Origin: Candidatus Woesearchaeota archaeon
GTDB lineage: Archaea > Nanobdellota > Nanobdellia > UBA10117 > ARS21
Direction of reading: 5' to 3'
Assembly (NCBI GenBank): GCA_964344605.1
Contig: CAYFNR010000001.1
Coordinates: forward strand, 23,439-87,438
DNA length: 64,000 nt
Each line of letters begins with the position of its first letter. Position 1 is the stretch's first letter. Positions 40,908-49,394 of this stretch are shown here, one piece after another. Made by a program: the position numbers and the translations under genes. The notes beneath the pieces were generated by a model. It was not told where the DNA came from and made no database searches. It saw only the letters and a list, made by a program, of their open reading frames with translations.

Positions 40908-42779
40908 ATGGGTATTGAGCTGTTTGCCGTTGCTTTATTCTTTGTACTTTCTTTTGGCTTTGGTCATTCTTTGACCAGATTAGTTAATGAACCACCAGGT
41001 TTTATTGAACGCTGGACGGCACGACTGACTTTAGGTCTTGCCACACTAATTATTTTTGGAGTTGTTGTAAATTTATTAGGTTTGCCTATAGATTGGAAGA
41101 TATTTCTACTGTTTAGTTCATTAATACCTATTGTATCTTTATTTAAATCTAGAAATTTCAAGTTTAGATTAAAGTTGAAAAAATCCCAAATATTTTCGGC
41201 GGCGGCTTTGTTGATTTTCCTTGTTTCCTTAGGAGTAAATCTTTCTGGAGCATTTAGTTACCCTTATTTGGAAGATGACGATCCTTGGCAACACGCGCTG
41301 GCGGCTAAATATGTTGCCACAGAAAAGATGTTAAACAATCCAGATAATTTCAATATTAAATATTTGGATCCTTATCCTCCAGCCTATGCTATGACTATGG
41401 GACTATTACACCAAGTTTCTAGCTCAATCTCATGGACCCTCAAATTTTTTAATGCATTAATAGCTTCTTTGACTTTGTTAATCTTCTATTTTTTTGCAAA
41501 GGAATTTACTGGAAACAAACAAATTGCTCTGCTGTCAACATTTATTTTGGCTAGTGTTCCTTCTTTCCTGACCCACTTCATTTGGGCTCATTCTTTAGTT
41601 ATTTTAATGTTCATCACAAGCCTGTATGCTTTAGAGAGAACAAAACACGACAAGAGCTGGATATATCCTGCCGCTATATCTATAGCAGCAATACTTCTGA
41701 CTCAACCATCTCAAGCGCTTAAAATAGGGTTCCTAATTTTAGGCTATTTTGTTATTTTTTCTTTTTCCAATAAAAAGTTCCAAGTTAATACCTTCACTGC
41801 AATGTTTGGTGGTTTTATCTTGTCTTTGGTCTGGTGGGCATTCAAGATTCCGGCTTTGATAGGTTCTAGAACGACTCGTCTGACAGAAAAAGTGTCAACG
41901 GAGCCAGGTCTATGGGGTTGGCTGAAGCTTCATTTTCCACCAAATAGCGGAACAGCTACACGTGCATATAATGTTAATGACTTTTTCATTGCAAAGTCTT
42001 ATGGCTTAATAAACAACCCTGTTGGTTTAGGTATTTTTGTGAGTCTGTTAACTGTTTTTGCATTAGTAATAATTTTTATTAGATACAGAAAATATTTTAG
42101 GAGAGAAATGTATTGGGTACCAGTAACTCTATTTTGGCTGGTTTTCACATTTTTAGCAATAAACACTATGACTTTTGATTTACCTATAGGCTTCTTCGGC
42201 TTTAGAACGTGGATGTTATTAGCGATTCCTGTGAGCTTGCTTTCTGGTTTTGCAGGCATTAAATTAGCTGAACTTTGTAGAAGGTTAGGTGTGAACAAAA
42301 GCTTGGTTTTGTTTGTTTTGGTGTTAGGGATATTTGCAACGAGCGGTTATCAGAAATATTCTATTAATACTTCAACTTGGCCACCGGGGGCAACGTGGAC
42401 ATCTATAGAAGAAGTGAACACATACCTTTGGCTTAAAGATTTACCTGTAGATACAAAAGTTTTCGATCCGGCACCAGCAGTTCCGGAGAGATTCATAATT
42501 GGTTTGGATAAGTATAGCTGTGCTTGGTGTCCAGATACACAGAATCTCCGAGATAATTTTTGGAGTCTTAGTGTAGAAGATACATACTCTATCCTAAACA
42601 GTCAGGAGTATGAATATGTGATTGTTGGTGGAATGTCTATTAAACAGTTAAGCGAAACAGTTGGATCAAGTGAAGCGCAGGAAATGGTGCAGAATAAAGT
42701 ACAGGAACTAGGTTCTTCAACTTATTTTGATATTGCTTATCAAACCAATAGTGCCATAATTTTCAAGATACGGAGATGA
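40908..42779 (+). CDS. GT-C fold membrane glycosyltransferase (PMT/ArnT-like)
   Basis: 623 aa with more than 10 TM segments. An acidic first-loop motif (YLEDDDPWQH) and a C-terminal soluble domain are present. No WWDYG motif, so it is not called AglB. Confidence 0.65.
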   Translation: MGIELFAVALFFVLSFGFGHSLTRLVNEPPGFIERWTARLTLGLATLIIFGVVVNLLGLPIDWKIFLLFSSLIPIVSLFKSRNFKFRLKLKKSQIFSAAALLIFLVSLGVNLSGAFSYPYLEDDDPWQHALAAKYVATEKMLNNPDNFNIKYLDPYPPAYAMTMGLLHQVSSSISWTLKFFNALIASLTLLIFYFFAKEFTGNKQIALLSTFILASVPSFLTHFIWAHSLVILMFITSLYALERTKHDKSWIYPAAISIAAILLTQPSQALKIGFLILGYFVIFSFSNKKFQVNTFTAMFGGFILSLVWWAFKIPALIGSRTTRLTEKVSTEPGLWGWLKLHFPPNSGTATRAYNVNDFFIAKSYGLINNPVGLGIFVSLLTVFALVIIFIRYRKYFRREMYWVPVTLFWLVFTFLAINTMTFDLPIGFFGFRTWMLLAIPVSLLSGFAGIKLAELCRRLGVNKSLVLFVLVLGIFATSGYQKYSINTSTWPPGATWTSIEEVNTYLWLKDLPVDTKVFDPAPAVPERFIIGLDKYSCAWCPDTQNLRDNFWSLSVEDTYSILNSQEYEYVIVGGMSIKQLSETVGSSEAQEMVQNKVQELGSSTYFDIAYQTNSAIIFKIRR

Positions 42780-44287
42780 CAAGCTATTTGCAGAGAGCAG
42801 TTAAAGGTACTGGAGTATTGTTTGTATTAGGGGTAGTTTCATACTTTTTTGGTTATCTAACTAGAATTATTTTAGCCAGGAACCTATCAGTAGAACAATA
42901 TGGTTTGTTTTATGCAGTGCTTTCTTTTATTGTGTTCTCAACGATATTCGCAGATATGGGTTTGGGTAACGCACTGATAAAATTCATCGCCCAGTATGAG
43001 GCCAAAAAGAAATTCTCTAAGATTAAGACTTTGATTTTATCAGCCCAGCTTTTCAAAGTTTTATTCACTTGGGTTATAATCACCATCTTTTTTGCTGTTT
43101 CGAAATATTTGTCCGTATATTACTTCAAAGAACCGTTATCTTTTTCTGTATTTAGGGCACTTCTCATATATCTTATAGCTGCAAATATTTTGTTTTTTGG
43201 AGCCAAAGAGATCTTGAGAGGATTCCAAAATATAACTTGGTTCGCGACGGCTGACCCTTTCAAAAATATATTCACTTTTTTACTTGTAGTGATCTTCCTC
43301 AAATTAGGATTCGAAATATTTGCTGCGGTTTATGCTTATATTCTGGGAGTAGTCCTCACTTTTCTTGTCTTGCTCCCACAATTATCTAAATATTTGTTTA
43401 TCTTAAAAAGCAAAGTCAGAAATTTTTGGCCAACTACAAGACAGTTGTTCAGTTTTAGTATACCCGTAACTTTTACGGGATTTGGAGATATGGTGATTTC
43501 ATATGTAGATATTTTATTACTAACTTATTTTGCATCGCTTACTGCTGTTGGAGTATACAACGTAATCTTGCCGACAGCGATGATGTTCCTTTTCTTCGGA
43601 CGTGCAATTTCTGGTGTTTTTTTCCCAATGGTTTCGGAGCTCTGGAGTAAAGGGGACAAACAACGTGTGAAGAAAGGAGTTGGGCTTATTTACACTTACT
43701 CTTTTGTTTTTATTGTCCCGGTTCTTCTTGCTGTAGGTTTATTTGGTCAAGAATTTATCACACTATTTTTTGGATCAGACTATGCTTCAGGTACAAATGC
43801 TTTTAGGATTCTTTTGTTTGGTGTTCTATTCTTCGTAGTCGCTCAGTCTAATCATCATGTAATATCAGCCATCGGAAAGCCAGCAATTGTTACAAAAATA
43901 ATATTAACCGTCGCAGCAATTAATTTTGGTCTTAATCTAATTCTCATACCTGTTTTTAAGTTAACTGGGGCGGCGATTGCAACGGCAGTTAGTTATTTTG
44001 CCGCGCTTTTAATTTCATCTCGCAAGTTAAGACAGTTTGTAGGTCTTAACTTGCCTTGGAGTATCTGGGCAAGAACTATTCTTTCAGGAGCAGTTTTCGT
44101 GGTTATTTTTTATTATGTACTCTCACTTGGAGTCAGTATTTGGATAAAATCTTTCCTAGCTTTTGTAATATCCTCTATAATTTATGTATTCTTAATATTT
44201 ACCTTAAAAGTTGTGAGTTTAAAGGAGGTTAAACTTTTACTTCGTCAGTTTGTACCGAAAGCAACCGTTAAAAGTTATTCCAAGTAA
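42776..44287 (+). CDS. MOP-superfamily polysaccharide flippase (Wzx-like)
   Basis: 503 aa, about 12-14 TM segments. Its start ATGA overlaps the GT-C stop. Confidence 0.8.
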   Translation: MTSYLQRAVKGTGVLFVLGVVSYFFGYLTRIILARNLSVEQYGLFYAVLSFIVFSTIFADMGLGNALIKFIAQYEAKKKFSKIKTLILSAQLFKVLFTWVIITIFFAVSKYLSVYYFKEPLSFSVFRALLIYLIAANILFFGAKEILRGFQNITWFATADPFKNIFTFLLVVIFLKLGFEIFAAVYAYILGVVLTFLVLLPQLSKYLFILKSKVRNFWPTTRQLFSFSIPVTFTGFGDMVISYVDILLLTYFASLTAVGVYNVILPTAMMFLFFGRAISGVFFPMVSELWSKGDKQRVKKGVGLIYTYSFVFIVPVLLAVGLFGQEFITLFFGSDYASGTNAFRILLFGVLFFVVAQSNHHVISAIGKPAIVTKIILTVAAINFGLNLILIPVFKLTGAAIATAVSYFAALLISSRKLRQFVGLNLPWSIWARTILSGAVFVVIFYYVLSLGVSIWIKSFLAFVISSIIYVFLIFTLKVVSLKEVKLLLRQFVPKATVKSYSK

Positions 44288-44295
44288 AAAGTGAA

Positions 44296-45495
44296 ATGAG
44301 AGAAATAAAAAAAGACTTAGTAGAAATAAGCAAGTTTGTTGATTATGTATTAATTCGTAACTATGAATTTCTTTTCGATCCAAAAGAAGAGGCCCATCAT
44401 GACATAGATATATTAGTTAAAGGGTTGAAATCGTCCGATAATAAGGAACTTCTGAAAATGGGATATTTTTTAATACATAACTCTAAATACAGAACAAAGT
44501 ATGCCAAATATTTGCCAAAGAAAGATAGGATTATGTTCCTAGACTTTCATAAAAAGAATCTAACTGGAAACCCAGTTTCTTACATCTTTGAAGATGAGTT
44601 ATTAAGAAGCAAGAGATCAAAACAAGGCATTCAGATACCAAGTGTTGAAACTCACTTATCTGCTCTTCTGATGCGTGAATTGGTTTCTGAAGGTTTCAAA
44701 GATAAATATAGAAAGAGACTTCAGATGTTGCTGAAATATAGTAATAAACAAAAAGTTGCAAGTTTGCTTTCTAAGAATCTAAGTAGAAAAGATGTTAGAA
44801 AAGTCATACTTTTTTTAATAAAAGGAGATTTCGACTCTTTAGACAACATACAACCTAAAATAAAGTGCAAGTTTGTATTGAGAAATTTATCTTCTTACTT
44901 TTTGACTCTTCTAACTTTGAGAAAGATAAGGTCCAGGACCATAGCTATAATTGGCATGGATGGTTCTGGTAAAAGTACTATTGTTAAGAAATGTGAAAAG
45001 ACTTTATTGGATTCTGGAGTAAATGTAAAACGAGTTTATATGGGCCGTGGAAAGGGAAATATAATACCTATTAAGAGACCTGCAGGATTTGTTAAAACTA
45101 GGATTGAGAAATTTCCTAAATCTTTGAAGAGTATTTTGTATTCTGGAGGATCTTTTTTGTACACAATGGATTTTATTATGCGGCATTTAACTACTAAGAG
45201 AGATAGTAGGATTGTGTTAAGTGATAGATACTCTTCAGATATTTTGTTGATGCAAAATGTTCCCAGATGGTTACGTCGAGCATTATATCTCCCATTGCCA
45301 AAAGCACGTGAGTATGTGTACCTTTTTAATGACCTATCTGAGTTAAGAAAACGCAAAGGCCACAGATTAAATGATTTGAAGAGACAGCAAAAAGAATTCC
45401 AATGGGCAAACAAAATACTGAAGCCCCACAAGATAAAAAACCAAGATATGAATAAAACAATGGATAGTACTTTGCGAATTATACTTTCAAGCTGA
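44296..45495 (+). CDS. Two-domain protein: N-terminal nucleotidyltransferase-like region plus C-terminal P-loop kinase (dTMP-kinase / APS-kinase-like)
   Basis: HHDIDILV in the N-terminal half. The C-terminal half has Walker A IGMDGSGKST and a VLSDRY block. Confidence 0.5.
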   Translation: MREIKKDLVEISKFVDYVLIRNYEFLFDPKEEAHHDIDILVKGLKSSDNKELLKMGYFLIHNSKYRTKYAKYLPKKDRIMFLDFHKKNLTGNPVSYIFEDELLRSKRSKQGIQIPSVETHLSALLMRELVSEGFKDKYRKRLQMLLKYSNKQKVASLLSKNLSRKDVRKVILFLIKGDFDSLDNIQPKIKCKFVLRNLSSYFLTLLTLRKIRSRTIAIIGMDGSGKSTIVKKCEKTLLDSGVNVKRVYMGRGKGNIIPIKRPAGFVKTRIEKFPKSLKSILYSGGSFLYTMDFIMRHLTTKRDSRIVLSDRYSSDILLMQNVPRWLRRALYLPLPKAREYVYLFNDLSELRKRKGHRLNDLKRQQKEFQWANKILKPHKIKNQDMNKTMDSTLRIILSS

Positions 45496-46596
45496 GTTAT
45501 AAATTTCTAAATATTTTTTTGCAATCTTTTTTTCATCAAATAACTTTGATTTTTTGTGGGCTGACTTTATCAATTTGTTTCTTAATTTAGTATCAGATAA
45601 AATTCTATCAATCTGTGTAACCAAACCATTAACATCACCTGGCTTAGACATTAATACATCTTCCCCATCTTTGACTATTTCAGTAATTTCGGGGAGTTTA
45701 CTTGTTACAACTGGAGTCTTACAAGCCATACTTTCTAATAAGCAAGAAGGGTTGCCTTCTGTTGCGATTAGATTTTTGTAAGGAAGGACAACTGCGTCTG
45801 CTACGTTGATGTATTCAACAATATCTTTAACTTCCAAAACAAGTTTTACGTTTTTGTTTCTGAGAGCTGCCTTTATAACTGGAGCATCTATTTCTCTTAC
45901 TTTGTGCCTAGGTGCTATTATAAATTGTATATTTGGATGTTTTTCGGTTAAAGTTGGTATTGCTTTGACTAGATATTGTAGACCTTTTTCTTCCCAAAGC
46001 GCTCCAAAATAGAGAATAACTTTTTTGTTTGTAAACCCAAATTTCTTCTTTAAGGTAGTTTTATTGCTTGATTTGAATTTCGAACAATCAATATTAGACC
46101 TTACAACAACAATTTTTTTATTGGGTACTCCACGAGCAATCAATCTTTTTTTGAATATCTCTGTGGGCACAGTTATTTTGTCAGCATGAGATAGAACCTT
46201 CAAAAATTTAAATCTGTAGAAGTCTTTTCTTGAGTAGGATTTGAGTGTATTTATTGTTTTGCACCTGAGAAAGGTTTTAGCTATTAATGTTTTAAAACTT
46301 AGGATTGGAGCAGCACTAAAGTTGTGGACTACATCAAATTTTCTCCCACGTAGACTTTGCACATAGAAAAGTCCCAAAAGTCCAGTGAGGAGTTCGGACT
46401 TAAAAGGATGGTGGATGTTTATTTTGCCGAGCCTTTCATGTTTAGGTATATTTCCATTTCCTCGATTGATTATTGCTACTTTGTGTCCCTTTTCACTAAA
46501 ATTTTTTGCTAGAGCCTTGACTGTTATTTCGGTGGCTTCTCTATTTTTCTTCCTACCTTTTCTGACGAACGTGGTGGTTAGCAAAGCAATGTCCAT
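45487..46596 (-). CDS. GT4-family (GT-B) glycosyltransferase
   Basis: 369 aa with the C-terminal EX7E-type region ATEGNPSCLLESMACKTPVV. Confidence 0.85.
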   Translation of the reverse strand: MDIALLTTTFVRKGRKKNREATEITVKALAKNFSEKGHKVAIINRGNGNIPKHERLGKINIHHPFKSELLTGLLGLFYVQSLRGRKFDVVHNFSAAPILSFKTLIAKTFLRCKTINTLKSYSRKDFYRFKFLKVLSHADKITVPTEIFKKRLIARGVPNKKIVVVRSNIDCSKFKSSNKTTLKKKFGFTNKKVILYFGALWEEKGLQYLVKAIPTLTEKHPNIQFIIAPRHKVREIDAPVIKAALRNKNVKLVLEVKDIVEYINVADAVVLPYKNLIATEGNPSCLLESMACKTPVVTSKLPEITEIVKDGEDVLMSKPGDVNGLVTQIDRILSDTKLRNKLIKSAHKKSKLFDEKKIAKKYLEIYNSA

Positions 46597-46659
46597 AACT
46601 TATCTTCTGTAATACGGTTTAAAAATCTTTATAAACGTTTTTCTAGATTTCTGGTCGCT

Positions 46660-48009
46660 ATGGAAAATTTGTACCCTTATACTTTGGATAAGCACCAAAA
46701 TAAACCAAAACCATATCATTTCATTGAATATGGTGGGAAAGATATAATTACAGAATTCAAAGAATCTAGGGCAGCCGCTCTTAAGTACTTTGATGATACT
46801 GAAAGCAAACAATATACTTTGTTTCGTTTGTCTAACTCTGATAAGACGGCTATGGAGAAATTTAATACTGGAGAGAAAGTAGAAACAAAGCAATTGTTAG
46901 AAGAGCTATGTTATTATTTGTTTTCAGGAGAAGATATGGCAGAGTATAGGGACATGTTTGAGGAATTACGCAGAATGTCAGAGCTTAGGAAACTTAAGAA
47001 TAGTTATGGTGGGAAATTTGGTGGGAGTGGAGCGGATGTAGAAACATATGTTTTTTTGGCAAATGCTTTGAGTTTACATCATGAAACAACTGGAGACTTG
47101 CAATCGCTGAGTACTTTGCTTAAGACAAATGACCGAATTATATCGATGAAAGAAGATTTGAACAAAGAAAGAAGATACTTAGCTGCTAGAGCTATAGAAC
47201 AAGAAAGCTCGCATCTTAGAAAAATCTACGCTTCTCTTGAAAATCGTCCCCTTGGAGATAGACTTAATCCAATAGAATCTAGTAAGCCTTCTTTAGAGAA
47301 AATACAAAGATTAGGCTTACTTGCACAAGATTCTCCAAGATCTAGAGCATATATCCAAACTCTGGCACAAAATGGACTGCTGCCCGAGAGAGCAATTATA
47401 CTGAGTAAAGATGTTGAAGATTATGGTTTAGGAGAGGTGGTAGAAAATCCCTTCTTTGATACTCATGAGAAACTCACGGAAACCATATCTTATTATGATA
47501 TACCTTACCAGATGGTGCAAGCGAACAACTTCAACGACCAAAAAGTTGTGGATGCAGTAAAGGATAGTGATGGAGATTATTTCGTGTTTAGTGGGTCAGG
47601 GATACTTAGGAAAGATATTTTATCTACAGGCAAAAAATTGATACACATACATCCAGGCAAACTTCCTGAGTTTAGAGGCTCAACTGTTATATATTACACT
47701 CTTCTTTCAGGAAATGTTTGTACGGCATCAGCTTTTGTTATCAGTGATAAAATAGATATGGGAGAAGTTATTACTTCAAAAGAATTTTTGCCGCCAACCC
47801 CAGACATGGATAATGGCAGGGTTTATGATCCATATATTAGAGCGAATGTTCTTGTGGATGTTATTAGGGAACTGAGAGACAAAGGAAAACTGGAAACCTA
47901 TACACAAAACAAAGGTGGCCAGACTTATTATATTATACACCCTATCCTCAGAACACTAACTGATGCGTATGTGCGTGATGAAATACAGTCGTTAGAAGAT
48001 ATAGTTTAA
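46660..48009 (+). CDS. Protein with a C-terminal formyltransferase-like domain and an unknown N-terminal ~250 aa
   Basis: LIHIHPGKLPEFRGSTVIYYTLLSG and ISDKIDMGEVI resemble the formyl_trans_N core, but His replaces the catalytic Asn of the NxH motif. Confidence 0.55.
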   Translation: MENLYPYTLDKHQNKPKPYHFIEYGGKDIITEFKESRAAALKYFDDTESKQYTLFRLSNSDKTAMEKFNTGEKVETKQLLEELCYYLFSGEDMAEYRDMFEELRRMSELRKLKNSYGGKFGGSGADVETYVFLANALSLHHETTGDLQSLSTLLKTNDRIISMKEDLNKERRYLAARAIEQESSHLRKIYASLENRPLGDRLNPIESSKPSLEKIQRLGLLAQDSPRSRAYIQTLAQNGLLPERAIILSKDVEDYGLGEVVENPFFDTHEKLTETISYYDIPYQMVQANNFNDQKVVDAVKDSDGDYFVFSGSGILRKDILSTGKKLIHIHPGKLPEFRGSTVIYYTLLSGNVCTASAFVISDKIDMGEVITSKEFLPPTPDMDNGRVYDPYIRANVLVDVIRELRDKGKLETYTQNKGGQTYYIIHPILRTLTDAYVRDEIQSLEDIV

Positions 48010-48785
48010 GTTGATGAATTGTAAAATCTCTTCAAGCTATTTTCTTCAGCCCAAGCAAGCGCTTTTTCATAATCATTAACTGTATCAAATTCCAGCCAAC
48101 CTTGTGATATTTTTATTGCTTTGACTTTTACGCCATTATCTATTAGTGCTTGGAGAAAATCGGTCATGTAACCTTCTTTGAGAGAGGGAGAATTGTACCA
48201 CGGCTTATCCCAAAACCTATTTTTTGCTCGACCATATACTTTTTCTGCTTTATTTAAGATACCTTTTGAGAATTTTACCATCCCGATATATCTTGCGTCG
48301 ATATCTTTATTTATTGGGTTTGGGTCTCCTAAAGAGACTATATTATCTGCGTCCAATTCAAGACTTTCAGTATCTTCTTTATCACTTCCATGCCTGGCCA
48401 TCCAATAATCTCTCCAGTTTATATCAACAACACATCCTACTTCACCTTCAAAATCAATAACTTTTCTCAATACATCTTCTTCGAATAGAATATCTCCATA
48501 AATCATTAAGATGTCATCATCGAATTCTTTTTTAGAAAGGAAAAAATTGACTAACATATTTACACCAGACTCAGCTTGCTCTAGGTATTTTACTCCTTCT
48601 ATATCTATTTTATTGGACAGGTACCCTCTTACAACAATTATGTCTGTTATACCACATTCACGCAATAAGTCCACTTGTCTTTGGAGGATGGTTTTTCCTA
48701 AAAAAGGGAGCATGCATTTGGGTATAGTTTTAGTGTATTTTTTTAGCCTAGTTCCTTCTCCTGCAGCCAATATGACGGCTTTCAT
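48006..48785 (-). CDS. LicC-type nucleotidyltransferase (Cj1416-like candidate cytidylyltransferase)
   Basis: MKAVILAAGEGTRLKKYTKTIPKCMLPFLGKTIL N-terminal signature. Last gene of a three-gene minus-strand unit. Confidence 0.8.
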   Translation of the reverse strand: MKAVILAAGEGTRLKKYTKTIPKCMLPFLGKTILQRQVDLLRECGITDIIVVRGYLSNKIDIEGVKYLEQAESGVNMLVNFFLSKKEFDDDILMIYGDILFEEDVLRKVIDFEGEVGCVVDINWRDYWMARHGSDKEDTESLELDADNIVSLGDPNPINKDIDARYIGMVKFSKGILNKAEKVYGRAKNRFWDKPWYNSPSLKEGYMTDFLQALIDNGVKVKAIKISQGWLEFDTVNDYEKALAWAEENSLKRFYNSST

Positions 48786-49393
48786 CTCCAGAATAACCTC
48801 CTCTCTAAAAAAGCTTTAATTAACTTTTTATTAACTCCTTCATTTGGACTGGGTCTTTCTGGGTGCCATATAAATCCCGCGATGGGTTTGTTAGGATGGA
48901 ACAAGCCTTCCACAGTACTATCTTCAGCTATTGCAAAGGGTTTTAATTCTGGAGCCAAACTATTTTTTTGCATCCCATAATCATGAAATGAATTGACCTC
49001 AAATTCTTTACCAATAAGTTCCGCGACCCTTTCTTCAGTGATACTAACTTTGTGATTTTTTGATGTGTGGTTGTCTACTTCTACAAGTTTTCCTCCAAAG
49101 AATAGGTTAATGAATTCAATACCTTTACATATACCTAAAATTGGTATATTCTTTTCCAAAGCTTTTTTTACAAGTTTAGACTCTGTTTCATCTCTGGCTT
49201 GTGTTGCTTCGCCCCCACTTAGAATAATACCTTGAACTGGAAGGGCAAGGTACTCCTCAGTAAGTCCTGGTACATTAGGTACAGGGATTAGTGTTACTCC
49301 AAACGATTTGAAATATTCAACATACGGCCTTTCTAGGTAGTCTACTGTATTGTACATTTCTTTTCTCGATCGCTGAGATATTAAGATCAGCAT
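48782..49393 (-). CDS. Class-I glutamine amidotransferase-like / peptidase C26 hydrolase (Cj1417-like candidate)
   Basis: 203 aa with the nucleophile elbow LGICKGIEFIN, plus NSFHDYG and the GFIWHPE His/Glu region. Confidence 0.8.
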   Translation of the reverse strand: MLILISQRSRKEMYNTVDYLERPYVEYFKSFGVTLIPVPNVPGLTEEYLALPVQGIILSGGEATQARDETESKLVKKALEKNIPILGICKGIEFINLFFGGKLVEVDNHTSKNHKVSITEERVAELIGKEFEVNSFHDYGMQKNSLAPELKPFAIAEDSTVEGLFHPNKPIAGFIWHPERPSPNEGVNKKLIKAFLERRLFWR

Positions 49394-49394
49394 T

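Noticed and set aside
40908-42779. Calling the GT-C protein the AglB oligosaccharyltransferase
   Set aside because: No WWDYG-type motif was found (only WWAF). The topology and size fit PMT/ArnT-like GT-C enzymes better.
46600-46893. 97-aa minus-strand ORF
   Set aside because: It lies antisense to the start of the 46660-48009 gene, has low-complexity AT-driven composition and no motif, and would leave no promoter space for the GT4 gene.
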